Assembly: GCA_947593355.1 (NCBI GenBank)
Contig: CANQDO010000003.1
Coordinates: 1-58,143 of the forward strand
Source of the DNA: an uncultured Clostridia bacterium
GTDB lineage: Bacteria; Bacillota; Clostridia; TANB77; CAG-508
Length of the DNA stretch: 58,143 bases
Reading direction: 5' to 3'
Both the position numbers and the translations under genes were made by a program. The notes under the pieces are model-generated. The model was given only the letters and a program-made list of their open reading frames with translations, was not told the DNA's origin and ran no database searches. Positions 9,592-20,749 of this stretch are shown in pieces. The first letter of the stretch is position 1. Each line of letters begins with the position of its first letter.

Positions 9592-10053
9592 TTGCAAAAT
9601 ATAGAGTCAAAAGTCGAAAGCTTAATAGAAGCAAAAGTTAAAAGTTTGGGCTATGAATTATATGATGTGCAATATATAAAAGAGGGAAAGGATTATTTCT
9701 TAAGAATATTTATAGATAAACCGGATGGTATAGATTTAAATGATTGTGAAAAAGTAAACGACGGAATAAATGATATATTAGATGAAGCAGACTATATAAA
9801 AGAACAATATTTTTTAGAAGTATCATCACCAGGAGTAGAAAGAATATTGAGGAAAGATAAGCATTTAGAAGCAAATATTGGAAAAGAAGTAGAAATTAAA
9901 TTATTTAAGCCAATAGATAAACAAAAAGAATTTATAGGAATATTAAAACAATTTAATGAAGAAACATTGAAAATAGAAGTACAAGATGGTAAAGATATGA
10001 GTTTGGAAAGAAAAAATATTTCACTAATAAAATTAAAATATAATTGGGAATAA
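9592..10053 (+). CDS. rimP: Ribosome maturation factor RimP
   Basis: LRIFIDK..GI.L.DCE, YFLEVSSPGVER. Confidence 0.95.
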   Translation: MQNIESKVESLIEAKVKSLGYELYDVQYIKEGKDYFLRIFIDKPDGIDLNDCEKVNDGINDILDEADYIKEQYFLEVSSPGVERILRKDKHLEANIGKEVEIKLFKPIDKQKEFIGILKQFNEETLKIEVQDGKDMSLERKNISLIKLKYNWE

Positions 10054-10071
10054 TAAGGAGGAGTAAGAAAA

Positions 10072-11580
10072 ATGAAAAAGAAAAAGGATAGTAAAGTAAA
10101 TGAACCAGCAATAAATAGTACAGAATTAATAGAGGCAATGAATGCATTAGAAAAAGAAAGTGGAATACAAAAGGAATATTTACTAGAATCAATAGAAACA
10201 GCATTAGTTACAGCGTATAAGAGAAATTTCGATTGTGAAGAAGAAAACGTAAAAGTTACAATGGACAAAGAAACAGGCGAAATACATATATATGCACAAA
10301 AAGAAGTTGTAAAAAAAGTAGAAAATGATAAATTGCAAATTAAATTAGATGAAGCTAAAAAAATAAATAAAAATTTAGAAATTGGTGATACAGCTGAAAT
10401 AGAATTAATACCAAGAAATTTTGGAAGAATTGCAGCAGGAACAGCAAAACAAGTAATTATTCAAAAAATAAGAGAAGCATCAAGAGAATTTTTGTACAAT
10501 GAATTCAATGAAAGAAAAGGTGAGATAGTTTCAGGAATAGTACAAAAAGCAGATGGTGGAGTAGTTATAGTAGATTTAGGAAGACTAGAAGGCGTAATGA
10601 CGGTAAAAGAACAAATACCAACAGAGCACTACCATGTAAATGATAAAATAAGAGCTTGTATAATAGATGTAGAAAGAGGTCTAAAAGGAAGTACTCAAGT
10701 AATGATTTCAAGAGCACATAATGATTTTGTAAGAAAACTATTTGAATTAGAAATACCAGAAATATATGAAGGATTAATTGAAATAAAAAGTGTTTCAAGA
10801 GATCCAGGAAATAGATGCAAAGTAGCAGTATACTCTCAAAATCCAAATATAGACCCAGTAGGTTCATGTGTAGGTCAAAAAGGAATACGTATTCAAAATA
10901 TTATAAATGAATTAAATGGAGAAAAAATAGATGTAATAGAATGGAATGAAAACCCAGCAACATTTATATCATCAGCATTATTACCAGCACAAGTTATGGC
11001 AGTAGATGTAAAGGAAGATGAACATTTTGCGCAAGTAATAGTTCCAGATAATCAATTATCTTTAGCTATAGGAAAAGCAGGACAAAATGCAAGATTAGCG
11101 GCAAAGCTTACAAATTGGAAAATAGATATTAAGAGTGAAAGTCAAATAAGACAAGTAATAGCAGAAATGCAAAATGCTGAAGCTACAAATCATGAAGAAG
11201 AGAGCAATACAGAAGTAAATGAAGCACAAGCAATAGAAGAAGCTGAAAAATTAGTTCAAGAGGTAGACATAGAAGAGAAAACAAGCAAGAAGTCAACTAA
11301 GAAAGCTAAAGAAGAAACAGAAGAAAAACCTAAAAAGGGAGCAAAAAAAGCTGCTAAAAAGGATGAAGAAGTAGAAGAAAAGCCTAAAAAAGCTACAAAG
11401 AAAGTTAGCAAAAAAGATGAAGAAGTAGAAGAAAAGCCTAAAAAAGCTACAAAGAAAGTTGCTAAAAAAGATGAAGAAGCAGAAGAAAAGCCTAAAAAGG
11501 CAACGAAGAAATCTAGCAAAAAAGATGAAGAAGTAGAAGAAAAACCAAAAAAAGTAGCAAAGAAAACTACAAAAAAGTAA
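10072..11580 (+). CDS. nusA: Transcription factor NusA with Lys/Glu-rich repetitive C-terminal tail
   Basis: FGRIAAGTAKQVI, DPVGSCVG, LSLAIGKAGQNARLAAKLT. Confidence 0.97.
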   Translation: MKKKKDSKVNEPAINSTELIEAMNALEKESGIQKEYLLESIETALVTAYKRNFDCEEENVKVTMDKETGEIHIYAQKEVVKKVENDKLQIKLDEAKKINKNLEIGDTAEIELIPRNFGRIAAGTAKQVIIQKIREASREFLYNEFNERKGEIVSGIVQKADGGVVIVDLGRLEGVMTVKEQIPTEHYHVNDKIRACIIDVERGLKGSTQVMISRAHNDFVRKLFELEIPEIYEGLIEIKSVSRDPGNRCKVAVYSQNPNIDPVGSCVGQKGIRIQNIINELNGEKIDVIEWNENPATFISSALLPAQVMAVDVKEDEHFAQVIVPDNQLSLAIGKAGQNARLAAKLTNWKIDIKSESQIRQVIAEMQNAEATNHEEESNTEVNEAQAIEEAEKLVQEVDIEEKTSKKSTKKAKEETEEKPKKGAKKAAKKDEEVEEKPKKATKKVSKKDEEVEEKPKKATKKVAKKDEEAEEKPKKATKKSSKKDEEVEEKPKKVAKKTTKK

Positions 11581-11620
11581 ACAAACTATCAAAAATACAA
11601 TGATGTAAGGACGTGAGATT

Positions 11621-11887
11621 TTGAAAAATTTACCAAAACGTACTTGTATAGGTTGCAATGAAATAAAATTAAAAAAAGAACTTATAAGAATTGTAAAAAA
11701 TAAAAGTGGGGAAATATCTTTAGACAAAACAGGAAAAGCAGAGGGCAGAGGTGCATATATTTGTAATAATGTACAATGTTTGGAAAAAGCCATGAAGTCT
11801 AAAAGGTTGGAAAGAAATTTTGAATGTAAAATAGATGAAAATCTATATGAAAGTTTAAAAAATGAAATGCAAAATAGTCAAAATTAA
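11621..11887 (+). CDS. ylxR: YlxR/RnpM family RNA-binding protein
   Basis: PKRTCIGC, KKELIRIV, GRGAYIC. Confidence 0.92.
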   Translation: MKNLPKRTCIGCNEIKLKKELIRIVKNKSGEISLDKTGKAEGRGAYICNNVQCLEKAMKSKRLERNFECKIDENLYESLKNEMQNSQN

Positions 11888-11994
11888 GCAAAAATAAATA
11901 ATGTATTGAAAATGAGCATTAAGTGAAAATATGTATTAGATAAAAATATATGATAGAACTTTATAAATTTAAATATTTAAATAGAGGTGTAAAG

Positions 11995-12315
11995 GTGATA
12001 AATAGCAAAATATTAGGATTGTTAGGCCTCGCTACAAGAGCTGGAAAGACTGTTTTTGGAGCTGAAGCAACACAAGAAGCTATACAAAAAAGAAAAGTAA
12101 AATTAATAATAGTTGCGCGAGATGCAGCAGATAGAACAAAAAGAAATTTTGAAGAATTATGTAATAAAAATGAAATTCCAATAAGAGTTATATTAACAAT
12201 AAACGAAATAAGTAATAGCATAGGGCAAGTAAATAAAGCTATGGTAGGAATAAAAGATATAAATTTTTCAAAAGAAATTTTAAGGATAATTGATGGGGGT
12301 GAAATTATTGGGTAA
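11995..12315 (+). CDS. ylxQ: L7Ae/YlxQ family protein (probable GTG start at 11995; ORF track starts 11950)
   Basis: [22 protein letters not shown]; position between ylxR and infB. Confidence 0.85.
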   Translation: MINSKILGLLGLATRAGKTVFGAEATQEAIQKRKVKLIIVARDAADRTKRNFEELCNKNEIPIRVILTINEISNSIGQVNKAMVGIKDINFSKEILRIIDGGEIIG

Positions 12316-15301
12316 GATAAAAATACATGAAATAGCAAAGGAAACAAACTTAACCAGTAAAGAAGTAATAGAAAAAGCACAAGAAATGGGATATGATATT
12401 AAAAACCATTTAAGTGGTGTGTCTGAAAAAGAGGCAAAAGAATTAAAGAAAGTCCTTTTGGGAGGCAAAATGGAAGAAAACAAAGTAAAGGGTAAGGCAG
12501 AAGCCAAAAAAACAGAAAAGAAATCTGCGCCTGTTATTATAAGAAGAGAAGTTATAATATCAGATGATAAAACAGAAAGCGAAAAAGAAAGAGAAGCAAG
12601 AAGAGAAGAACAAAAAAATAAACAAGTTGGATTCGTAGAAAGAAATAAAAATGCGGATTATAATATTGTGTATAGAAATAAGCCTACAAAACCACTTACA
12701 ATAAGTGAATTATTAGGTATAGGTAAAAAAGAAGAAAAGAAAGAAACTCCAAAAGTAGAAACTAAAGTAGAAGAGAAAAAAGAAGAAGTTTTAGCTAAAC
12801 AAGAGGAAAAGAAAGAAATTAAAGTAGAAAATTTAGATGAAAAACAAAAAGAAATGTCTAATAAAAATCAACAACCAACAGAAGTAAATACACAAAATAA
12901 AGATAAAAATAATTTTCAAAATAAAGAAAATAACAACCAAAATAGAGATAGAAACTTTCAAAGCAAAGAAAATAATAGAGATAGGAATTTTCAAAACAAG
13001 AACAATAATTTCCAAAATAGAGATAGAAGTATGCAAAATAAAAATAATAATTTCCAAAATAGAGATAAAAATATGCAAAATAATAGAAATAATAACTTTC
13101 AAAATAAAGATGCAAAAAATAATTTCCAAAATAGGAATAATTTCCAAGGGCGAGATAATTATAAAAATGGGCAAAATAATCATAATAATTACGGAAAAAG
13201 GCCACTTGATGAAAGAGGAATTGATAGAAATATAAAAGATATAATGGCAATGGATATGCCGGAAAAAGAAAATCAAAGGGATTACAATAGTAAAGCTATA
13301 GATAAAGCTAAGAGCGAGAGATATGAAGAAAAAACAAGAAAAGTTGCCAAAAATAAAAGAGGTGGAAGATTTAACGAAGACTTTGATGATGAAAAATTAA
13401 AGGATTTAAAACAAGTAGACCGCCTATCAAATATGTTTGAAGACCAAGAAGGTGGAATGTTAGATTATTATGATTTAACAACAGCAAGAGGAAAGAAAAA
13501 TAAAAAGAAAGTAAACAAAGATGAGAAAGAAAGGACACAAAAAATATTCAAGTTAACAGAAATTACAATACCTTCATCTATTACTGTAAAAGATTTAGCA
13601 ACAGAACTTAAGAAAACTTCTGGAGAAGTTATAAAAAAATTATTAGATTACGGAATAATGGCAACAATAAATAACGAAATAGATTTTGATACAGCATTTT
13701 TAGTAGCAGGTGAATTTGGAGTAACTGCAAACAAGAAGGAAGAAGTAAAAGAAGAAGATATTCTATTTGACGATTCAGAAGACAAGGCAGAAGATTTAGA
13801 GGTAAGGCCACCAGTTGTAGTAGTTATGGGACACGTTGACCATGGTAAAACATCACTTCTAGATGCTATAAGAAAAACTAATGTTATAGAAGGAGAAGCA
13901 GGTGGAATTACGCAGGCTATTGGTGCGTATAAAGTTGAAGTAAATGGAAGAGAAATTACTTTCTTAGATACACCAGGTCATGAAGCATTTACAAGTATGC
14001 GTGCAAGAGGTGCTCAAATTACAGATATAGCAATATTAGTTGTAGCAGCAAATGATGGAGTAATGCCTCAAACAATTGAAGCTATAAACCATGCCAAAGC
14101 TGCCGATATACCTATTATAGTTGCAATAAATAAAATAGATTTACCAGATGCAAATATAGATAAAGTAAAACAAGAATTAATGAATTATGAATTAGTTCCT
14201 GAAGAATGGGGCGGAAACACAATATATGTACCAATTTCTGCAAAGAAAAATATTAATATAGATGAATTGCTTGAAATGGTACTATTACAAGCAGATGTAC
14301 TAGAATTAAAAGCAAACCCTCACAAACAAGCAAAAGGAGCAGTTATAGAGGCAAGGCTTGATAAAGCAAGAGGTCCAATAGCTACAGTTCTTGTACAAAG
14401 AGGAACACTAGATACAGGAGATACAATAGTAGTTGGATCTTCAATTGGTAGAATTAGAGCAATGAAAAATGATAAAGGTCAAAAGGTTAAAAAAGCAGGA
14501 CCATCAACTCCAGTTGAAATATTAGGATTAACAGAAGTTCCAGAAGCAGGAGATACTTTCTATGAAGTAAAAGATGAAAAAATGGCAAAACACTTAATAG
14601 AAAGAAGAAAACGTCAACAAAGAGAAAAATCAATAAATGATGTTCAAAAAGTTACATTAGATAACTTATTTGACCAAATGGAAAAAGGAAACTTAAAACA
14701 ATTAAATATTATAGTAAAAGCAGATGTTCAAGGTTCAAGCGAAGCATTAAAACAATCATTAGAAAAACTATCTGATGACGAAGTAAAAGTTAAAGTAATA
14801 CATTCTGCAACAGGAGCTGTTACAGAGTCTGACCTAAACTTAGCAAAAGTTGCAAATGCAATCATTATAGCATTTAATGTAAGACCAGTGGCAACAGCAA
14901 AAGAAGTAGCAGAAAAGGAAAATATTGAAATAAAACAATATTCAGTAATTTACCAAGTAATAGATGATGTAAAAGCTGCAATGAAGGGTATGTTAGATCC
15001 AGTATACGAAGAAAAAGTAATAGGAAATGTAGAAGTAAGACAAGTGTTTAAAGTATCAAATGTAGGAACCATTGCTGGTGCTTATGTATTAGAAGGTAAA
15101 ATAGAAAGAAATGCAGGAGTAAGAGTAATACGTGAAGGTGTTGTTATACATGAAGGAAAACTTATATCTTTAAAACGTTTCAAAGATGACGTAAAAGAAG
15201 TAGCAAAGGGCTATGAATGTGGTATGCAAATAGAAAATTACAATGATATAAAAGAAGGAGACATTATAGAAGTTTATGTTATGGAGGAAATAAAGAGGTA
15301 A
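12308..15301 (+). CDS. infB: Translation initiation factor IF-2 (probable TTG start at 12308)
   Basis: [32 protein letters not shown]; Asn/Gln-rich repeats in the N-terminal region. Confidence 0.97.
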   Translation: MGKIKIHEIAKETNLTSKEVIEKAQEMGYDIKNHLSGVSEKEAKELKKVLLGGKMEENKVKGKAEAKKTEKKSAPVIIRREVIISDDKTESEKEREARREEQKNKQVGFVERNKNADYNIVYRNKPTKPLTISELLGIGKKEEKKETPKVETKVEEKKEEVLAKQEEKKEIKVENLDEKQKEMSNKNQQPTEVNTQNKDKNNFQNKENNNQNRDRNFQSKENNRDRNFQNKNNNFQNRDRSMQNKNNNFQNRDKNMQNNRNNNFQNKDAKNNFQNRNNFQGRDNYKNGQNNHNNYGKRPLDERGIDRNIKDIMAMDMPEKENQRDYNSKAIDKAKSERYEEKTRKVAKNKRGGRFNEDFDDEKLKDLKQVDRLSNMFEDQEGGMLDYYDLTTARGKKNKKKVNKDEKERTQKIFKLTEITIPSSITVKDLATELKKTSGEVIKKLLDYGIMATINNEIDFDTAFLVAGEFGVTANKKEEVKEEDILFDDSEDKAEDLEVRPPVVVVMGHVDHGKTSLLDAIRKTNVIEGEAGGITQAIGAYKVEVNGREITFLDTPGHEAFTSMRARGAQITDIAILVVAANDGVMPQTIEAINHAKAADIPIIVAINKIDLPDANIDKVKQELMNYELVPEEWGGNTIYVPISAKKNINIDELLEMVLLQADVLELKANPHKQAKGAVIEARLDKARGPIATVLVQRGTLDTGDTIVVGSSIGRIRAMKNDKGQKVKKAGPSTPVEILGLTEVPEAGDTFYEVKDEKMAKHLIERRKRQQREKSINDVQKVTLDNLFDQMEKGNLKQLNIIVKADVQGSSEALKQSLEKLSDDEVKVKVIHSATGAVTESDLNLAKVANAIIIAFNVRPVATAKEVAEKENIEIKQYSVIYQVIDDVKAAMKGMLDPVYEEKVIGNVEVRQVFKVSNVGTIAGAYVLEGKIERNAGVRVIREGVVIHEGKLISLKRFKDDVKEVAKGYECGMQIENYNDIKEGDIIEVYVMEEIKR

Positions 15302-15329
15302 ACTATTAGGGACGGGGTTAAATAGTTTA
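15299..15329 (+). repeat. Single REP unit overlapping the infB stop codon
   Basis: Exact consensus 31-mer starting at the TAA. Confidence 0.95.
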
Positions 15330-15402
15330 ACAAACTATTTATTAAGTGAGTTTCTAATAATCAAGAAGTAGTATAACAAATTTATATAAGGGATGTGAAA
15401 TT

Positions 15403-15798
15403 ATGGGAAAAGGAAATAAAAAGAGTACTGCTTTAAAAAATAGAAGAAAAGCAAAGAAAAATGAAAAAAGAGCAAAGAAAGAAATGGAAAAGTCACAAAT
15501 GCAACAAGAAGCAGAGATGCAAACTAATCAATCAGAAATAGAAGAAAACAACATACAAGATGAAGAAGTTTATACAGGAGAAGTAAGAAGTATAGATGAA
15601 ATAGTAGAAGAAATGAAAACTATTCAGCAAAAAAGAAAGGAATTTACAGAAAGAATACAATATGATGTTGAAGAACCGATTGATAAAAGAATGCAACAAG
15701 TTTTAGAAAGAAAAAGGGCAGAAGAGGCAGATAGAAAAAGAGACCTCGCATATAAAAAAGTGGTAGACAAAATTTTACGTGGAGAAGAAGAAAGGTAA
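15403..15798 (+). CDS. Hypothetical charged protein
   Basis: 131-aa ORF with plausible RBS; no recognised motif. Confidence 0.6.
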   Translation: MGKGNKKSTALKNRRKAKKNEKRAKKEMEKSQMQQEAEMQTNQSEIEENNIQDEEVYTGEVRSIDEIVEEMKTIQQKRKEFTERIQYDVEEPIDKRMQQVLERKRAEEADRKRDLAYKKVVDKILRGEEER

Positions 15799-15810
15799 AA
15801 GGAGGACAAA

Positions 15811-16161
15811 ATGCCAACAAACGAAAATAGATTAAATCGTATTAATGAAGAATTAAAAAAGGAAATAAGTAATATTATTTCTTTTGAACTTAAAAATCCA
15901 GATGCAACTGGACTTATAAGCGTTACTAAAGTAAAAGTAACACCAGATTTGAAATATGCCAAAGTATATGTAAGCATATTAAATGCTAAAAGTGATGAAA
16001 AAACAATGGAAGCTTTGAAAAAGTCAGCTGGATTTATTAGAAGTCTAACTGCAAAAACAGTAAATTTAAGAATAACTCCAGAGTTAGTATTTGAAAAAGA
16101 TGATTCATTAGAATATGGAATGAAAATAGACTCAATATTAAAAGATTTGAAAAAACAATAA
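15811..16161 (+). CDS. rbfA: Ribosome-binding factor A
   Basis: RINEELKKEIS, VTPDLKYAKVYVS, LRITPELVF..DDS. Confidence 0.95.
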   Translation: MPTNENRLNRINEELKKEISNIISFELKNPDATGLISVTKVKVTPDLKYAKVYVSILNAKSDEKTMEALKKSAGFIRSLTAKTVNLRITPELVFEKDDSLEYGMKIDSILKDLKKQ

Positions 16162-16193
16162 ACTTACATTAAAGGAAGGAATGGAATACAAAA

Positions 16194-17144
16194 ATGACAT
16201 TGGATAATATATTAGAAGAAATAAAAAAGGCAAATTCAATAGTAATATTGACACATGAAAATCCTGATGGAGATGCAATAGGTAGTAGTTTAGCTATGTA
16301 TATTGCATTAAAATCAATGGGAAAAAAGTCAGATATAATTATTCCAGATATGCCAAGAATATATAATTTTTTACCTGAAGCAGATAAGATTATAAAGCAG
16401 AGCGATATTGAGCAATATGATTTAGCTATTGTGTTAGATTGTGCGACAGTAAAAATGCTAAATGGGTTTTCAAAATATTTTGAAGATTCAAAAGTAAAAA
16501 TAACAATAGACCATCATGGAACAAATACAATGTATGGAGATTTTAACTATATAAATCCTGATTCACCAGCATGTGCACAAATATTGATTACTGTATTAGA
16601 GTATTTTGGGGTGAAAATTACAAAGGATATAGGAACGTGTATATTAACGGGAATAATAACAGATACAGGAGGTTTTCAATATCAAAATACTGCACCAGAA
16701 ACGTTTGAATTTGCAGCAGATTTGTTAAGAAAAGGAATAAATGTATCTGAAATATATAAAAAGGTTATGAATACTAAATCAAAAGCCAATTTTGAATTAA
16801 GAAAAAGAGCTATTGACAGAATGGAATTTATAGAAGATGGAAAAATAGCTTTTACATATATCACAAAAAAAGATAATGAACAAACAGGTTCAGAAGCCGG
16901 TGACTATGAAGGAATTGTTGAAGAAGGAAGAAATATAGAGGGAGTTGAGGTTTCTATATTTTTAAGAGAAATAGATAAAGGTTATAAAGCATCACTTCGT
17001 TCTAATGAATATGTGAATGTTTCAGATATATGTTTAATGTTTGGTGGCGGAGGACATGTTCGTGCAGCAGGTTGCAATATGCAAATGCCACTAGAACAAG
17101 CAAAAGAAAAAATTATAAATCAAACAAAAATGTATATAAAATAA
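16194..17144 (+). CDS. nrnA: DHH/DHHA1 phosphoesterase (NrnA-like)
   Basis: HENPDGDAIGS, IDHH, TDTGGF, GGGGHVRAAG. Confidence 0.88.
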   Translation: MTLDNILEEIKKANSIVILTHENPDGDAIGSSLAMYIALKSMGKKSDIIIPDMPRIYNFLPEADKIIKQSDIEQYDLAIVLDCATVKMLNGFSKYFEDSKVKITIDHHGTNTMYGDFNYINPDSPACAQILITVLEYFGVKITKDIGTCILTGIITDTGGFQYQNTAPETFEFAADLLRKGINVSEIYKKVMNTKSKANFELRKRAIDRMEFIEDGKIAFTYITKKDNEQTGSEAGDYEGIVEEGRNIEGVEVSIFLREIDKGYKASLRSNEYVNVSDICLMFGGGGHVRAAGCNMQMPLEQAKEKIINQTKMYIK

Positions 17145-17203
17145 TAATTATATAAACTTAGGGCGTAAGGAATATCTTCGTCCTACTTTATTTAGGGAAA
17201 AAG

Positions 17204-18091
17204 ATGGATGGAATTGTATTAATAAATAAACCTAAAAATTGTACATCACATGATATAGTAAGCAAAGTACGAAAGACACTTAATATAAAAAAAGTTGGAC
17301 ATACAGGAACGTTAGATCCTAATGCCACGGGAGTGTTACCTTTGCTTATTGGTGATGCAACAAAACTTTCAAAATATTTAATTAATCATGATAAAGAATA
17401 TGAAGTAGTTTTAAAATTAGGAATAAAGACAGATACTGCAGATTCAGAGGGAAAAATCATAGAACAAAAGCAAGTAGGAAAATTGAATGAAAATTTGATA
17501 AGTACGGTATTAAAAGAGTTTTTAGGTAAACAAAAGCAAGTACCTCCTATGTATTCGGCGATAAAAGTAAATGGAAAAAAATTATATGAATATGCAAGAA
17601 AAGGTGAAAATATAGAAATAAAACCTAGAGAAATAGAAATATATAATATTGAACTTTTAAATGTTGAAGAAGATGAAATTTCATTTAGAGTAGGTTGTTC
17701 TAAAGGCACATATATTAGAAGTTTGTGCGAAGATATAGCACAAAAATTAGGTACAGTTGGCTATATGAAAGAATTAAACAGAACGAAAGTTGGAGAATTT
17801 TATATAGAAGATGCGATTGATGTAGAAAAATTGAGCAATTTGGAGAAAATGGAAGAAAAATTAATATCAATAGAGCAATTTTTTAAAGACAAACCTAGTA
17901 TAACAATGAATGAAAAAGAGTTAGAAAGGTTTTTAAATGGAGTAAAATTACCATATCAAAACTATAAGAATGGAGTTTACAATATATACAAAAAAAATGG
18001 CCAATACATTGGAATTGGCTACATTGACAAAAATATGTTAAAAAGGGATATAATACTAACACACGATTTATATCATTATAGCATAAAATAA
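17204..18091 (+). CDS. truB: tRNA pseudouridine(55) synthase
   Basis: KVGHTGTLDP, PPMYSAIKVNGKKLYEYAR, CSKGTYIRSL. Confidence 0.96.
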   Translation: MDGIVLINKPKNCTSHDIVSKVRKTLNIKKVGHTGTLDPNATGVLPLLIGDATKLSKYLINHDKEYEVVLKLGIKTDTADSEGKIIEQKQVGKLNENLISTVLKEFLGKQKQVPPMYSAIKVNGKKLYEYARKGENIEIKPREIEIYNIELLNVEEDEISFRVGCSKGTYIRSLCEDIAQKLGTVGYMKELNRTKVGEFYIEDAIDVEKLSNLEKMEEKLISIEQFFKDKPSITMNEKELERFLNGVKLPYQNYKNGVYNIYKKNGQYIGIGYIDKNMLKRDIILTHDLYHYSIK

Positions 18092-18199
18092 TAAAAAGAG
18101 CAAATAATAAAAAATGATAATAAATAATCAAAAATAAGCAAATAACATTTAATCGAATTAGATTAGCTTTAAAGTAAAAAAATCAGCTAATTTGGGAAA

Positions 18200-18228
18200 T
18201 TGAAATAACAATATATATATGTTAATAT
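18200..18228 (+). promoter_or_regulatory. Putative sigma-A promoter of 6S RNA
   Basis: TTGAAA-17bp-TAATAT with upstream TG. Confidence 0.55.
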
Positions 18229-18250
18229 ATAAATAACCTAATCAAATAGT

Positions 18251-18445
18251 TATTAATTTTCCCTGCGTGGTGCGTGTAGACTGAAATTTTATTACCAACA
18301 AATTTTATAAGGGAGTCTGCCTTTGGATGTGGCGTGTATGCTTACTATGTAGTAAGAAACCCAGGAGCATTCAACAAGACACCCACCTGTGCAAACAGGT
18401 ATTAAAAATTTCTTCATCTTACGGCTAAAGTGGGGATTTAATATA
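18251..18445 (+). ncRNA. ssrS: 6S RNA (approximate ends)
   Basis: GC-richer non-coding ~190 nt with closing stem (TTCCCTGCG / GTGGGGA), GGGAGTCTG and ACCCACCTG...CAGGT segments typical of Firmicute 6S; own promoter and terminator. Confidence 0.75.
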
Positions 18446-18456
18446 TTAAAAATTAC

Positions 18457-18487
18457 AGAAGACTTCTATTTTTAGAAGTCTTCTTTG
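18457..18487 (+). terminator. Intrinsic terminator after 6S RNA
   Basis: AGAAGACTTCTA / TAGAAGTCTTCTTT. Confidence 0.85.
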
Positions 18488-18489
18488 AG

Positions 18490-18830
18490 TAAACTAATAG
18501 GGACGGGGTTAAATAGTTTAGCACAATTTATCTTTTTAGTTAAACTATAGGGGACGGGGTTAAATAGTTTAGCCAATTTATTTTATATTTCAAAACAATA
18601 ATATTATATTTTTCGAAGTGACTCGTGGGGACCTTTTTAGAAAATGTTATGAGCGGTAAGCGAATTACATTTTCTTAAATGGGGCAACGTAGAAAAATAT
18701 AATATTATTGTTTTGAAAATAGTATAGATACTTTTTGGCTAAACTATTTAACCCCGTCCCCTATAGTTTAACGGTAATTTCAAAATTACTCTAGTGTGCT
18801 AAACTATTTAACCCCGTCCCTATTAGTTTA
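18490..18830. repeat. Four-unit nested REP palindrome (18490-18520+, 18541-18571+, 18740-18770-, 18800-18830-) with a second type of long-hairpin core (18589-18717)
   Basis: Outer pair TAAACTAATAG variant, inner pair TAAACTATAGG variant. Confidence 0.95.
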
Positions 18831-18885
18831 CTTTTAATAAAAATTATGCTAAAATCAAAAAAACGAACAAAGGAGATGCCAAATA

Positions 18886-19728
18886 TTGAAAGTAGAACAA
18901 TTAATACAATATGGAAAACAATATTTAGAAAAATATAAAATAAATGATATAGGCTTGATAGTAAGGATATTGTTAGCAAAAGTATTAAAAATAGAAAAAG
19001 AAAAATTAATAATAATAAAAGATAATGAAGTAAATGAAGAAAAACAAATAGAATATTTAAAAAAACTAAAGGATATAGCAGATGGAAAGCCACTTCAATA
19101 TATAACTAATAATCAAGAATTTATGAAATTAAACTTCTATGTTGATGAAAATGTGTTAATACCACAACCAGATACAGAGGTTTTAGTAGAAGAAGTAATA
19201 AAATTATCTAAAGCTGGCTCAAAAATGTTAGATATGTGTACAGGAAGTGGTGCAATAGCAATAGCATTAGCGTACTACCTAAAAGAAGTACAAGTAGTTG
19301 CAACAGATATAAGTAGTAAAGCATTAGAAATAGCAGAAGAAAATTATAAAAAAAATAAAAGGGAAAATAGTATAAAATTTATAAAGTCTAATATGTTTGA
19401 AAACATAAATGAAGAGTTTGATATAATAGTTTCAAATCCACCATATATAGAAACTGACGAAATATTAAATTTAAATAAACAAGTGCAAAACGAGCCACAT
19501 TTAGCATTAGATGGCGGTAAGGATGGATTAGATTTTTATAGAATATTTGCAAATGAAGCATACAAATATTTAAATAAAGGTGGATATTTGTGTTTAGAAA
19601 TAGGCTATAATCAAAAGGAAAAAGTAATAGAGCTATTAAACAAAACAAATAAATATAGTGAAATATATGCAAAAAAAGATTTATCAGGAAATGATAGAAT
19701 TGTTATAGCAAAAAGAAAAATGCAGTAA
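18886..19728 (+). CDS. prmC: Release factor glutamine methyltransferase
   Basis: PLQYI, VLIPQPDTE, LDMCTGSGAIA, SNPPY, ALDGGKDGLDFY. Confidence 0.95.
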   Translation: MKVEQLIQYGKQYLEKYKINDIGLIVRILLAKVLKIEKEKLIIIKDNEVNEEKQIEYLKKLKDIADGKPLQYITNNQEFMKLNFYVDENVLIPQPDTEVLVEEVIKLSKAGSKMLDMCTGSGAIAIALAYYLKEVQVVATDISSKALEIAEENYKKNKRENSIKFIKSNMFENINEEFDIIVSNPPYIETDEILNLNKQVQNEPHLALDGGKDGLDFYRIFANEAYKYLNKGGYLCLEIGYNQKEKVIELLNKTNKYSEIYAKKDLSGNDRIVIAKRKMQ

Positions 19729-19774
19729 AAAAAGCGTTAATGAAAAATGATGCTAAAAAGAAAGAGGTGTTTAT

Positions 19775-20641
19775 ATGTCTTTTTCATCTGAAGTAAAAGA
19801 GTATTTAAGTAAAATAAATAATTTGAAAAATAAGGAAGAAGTTAAGTACGAGTTAATAGGCTATTTAATTAGTAATAATACAACTTGTAGTAATTCAAAA
19901 ATAATGTATTCAACTGTAAATGAGTACAATATTAATAGATTTAGTAAGTTGATTTCAAATTTAAATGTTGTAGATTTTAAAATAGAATTAAAAGGTAAAA
20001 ATTATACAATAACTCTTCCAAAAATAAATATGAATGAAATAAAATATATAAATAACAATATAGAAATAAACAATATTGAAGGCGATAATTTAAAGAAAGC
20101 TTTAATTAGAGGGGTATTTTTAGGCGGAGGAAGTATAAATAATCCGGAAAAGAAATATCACATGGAGATAATATTAAGCACATATGAAAATGCAAAATTT
20201 ATAAAAGGTATATTACAAGAAGAAGATATAGAAACTAAAGAATTGCAAAGGAAAACGGGGTATTCTTTATACATAAAGGAAGGTGAACAAATTTCAAAAT
20301 TTCTTGCTTATACAGGTGCAAATACAGCAGTTCTTAAATTTGAAGAAATTAGAGTAATTAGAGATATGAAAAATAATATTAACAGAAAGGTAAACTGTGA
20401 AACTGCTAATATAACTAAGACGGTAAATGCTGCTGTGAAACAAATTGAAGCAATAAAACTATTAAAGAAGCAAAGAAAGTTCGAAAGTCTTCCAGATACA
20501 TTAAAGGAAATAGCAAATTTGAGATTGGAAAATCCAGACGCAACGCTTGTAGAATTAGGGCAAATGTTAAAAACACCAATAGGCAAGTCTGGAGTAAACC
20601 ATAGATTAAATTCAATTATGCAAATTGCACAAATTAAATAA
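19775..20641 (+). CDS. whiA: DNA-binding protein WhiA
   Basis: MSFSSEVKE, RGVFLGGGS, NRKVNCETAN, KSGVNHRL. Confidence 0.95.
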   Translation: MSFSSEVKEYLSKINNLKNKEEVKYELIGYLISNNTTCSNSKIMYSTVNEYNINRFSKLISNLNVVDFKIELKGKNYTITLPKINMNEIKYINNNIEINNIEGDNLKKALIRGVFLGGGSINNPEKKYHMEIILSTYENAKFIKGILQEEDIETKELQRKTGYSLYIKEGEQISKFLAYTGANTAVLKFEEIRVIRDMKNNINRKVNCETANITKTVNAAVKQIEAIKLLKKQRKFESLPDTLKEIANLRLENPDATLVELGQMLKTPIGKSGVNHRLNSIMQIAQIK

Positions 20642-20749
20642 AGGGCAGGTAAAGCAGAAAGTCGAAATAAAAAAAGTAAAATATGAAATAAAAACAAAGT
20701 AAAATGTGAAATAAAAAACAAAATAAGATGCGAAATAAAAGGAGCTATT

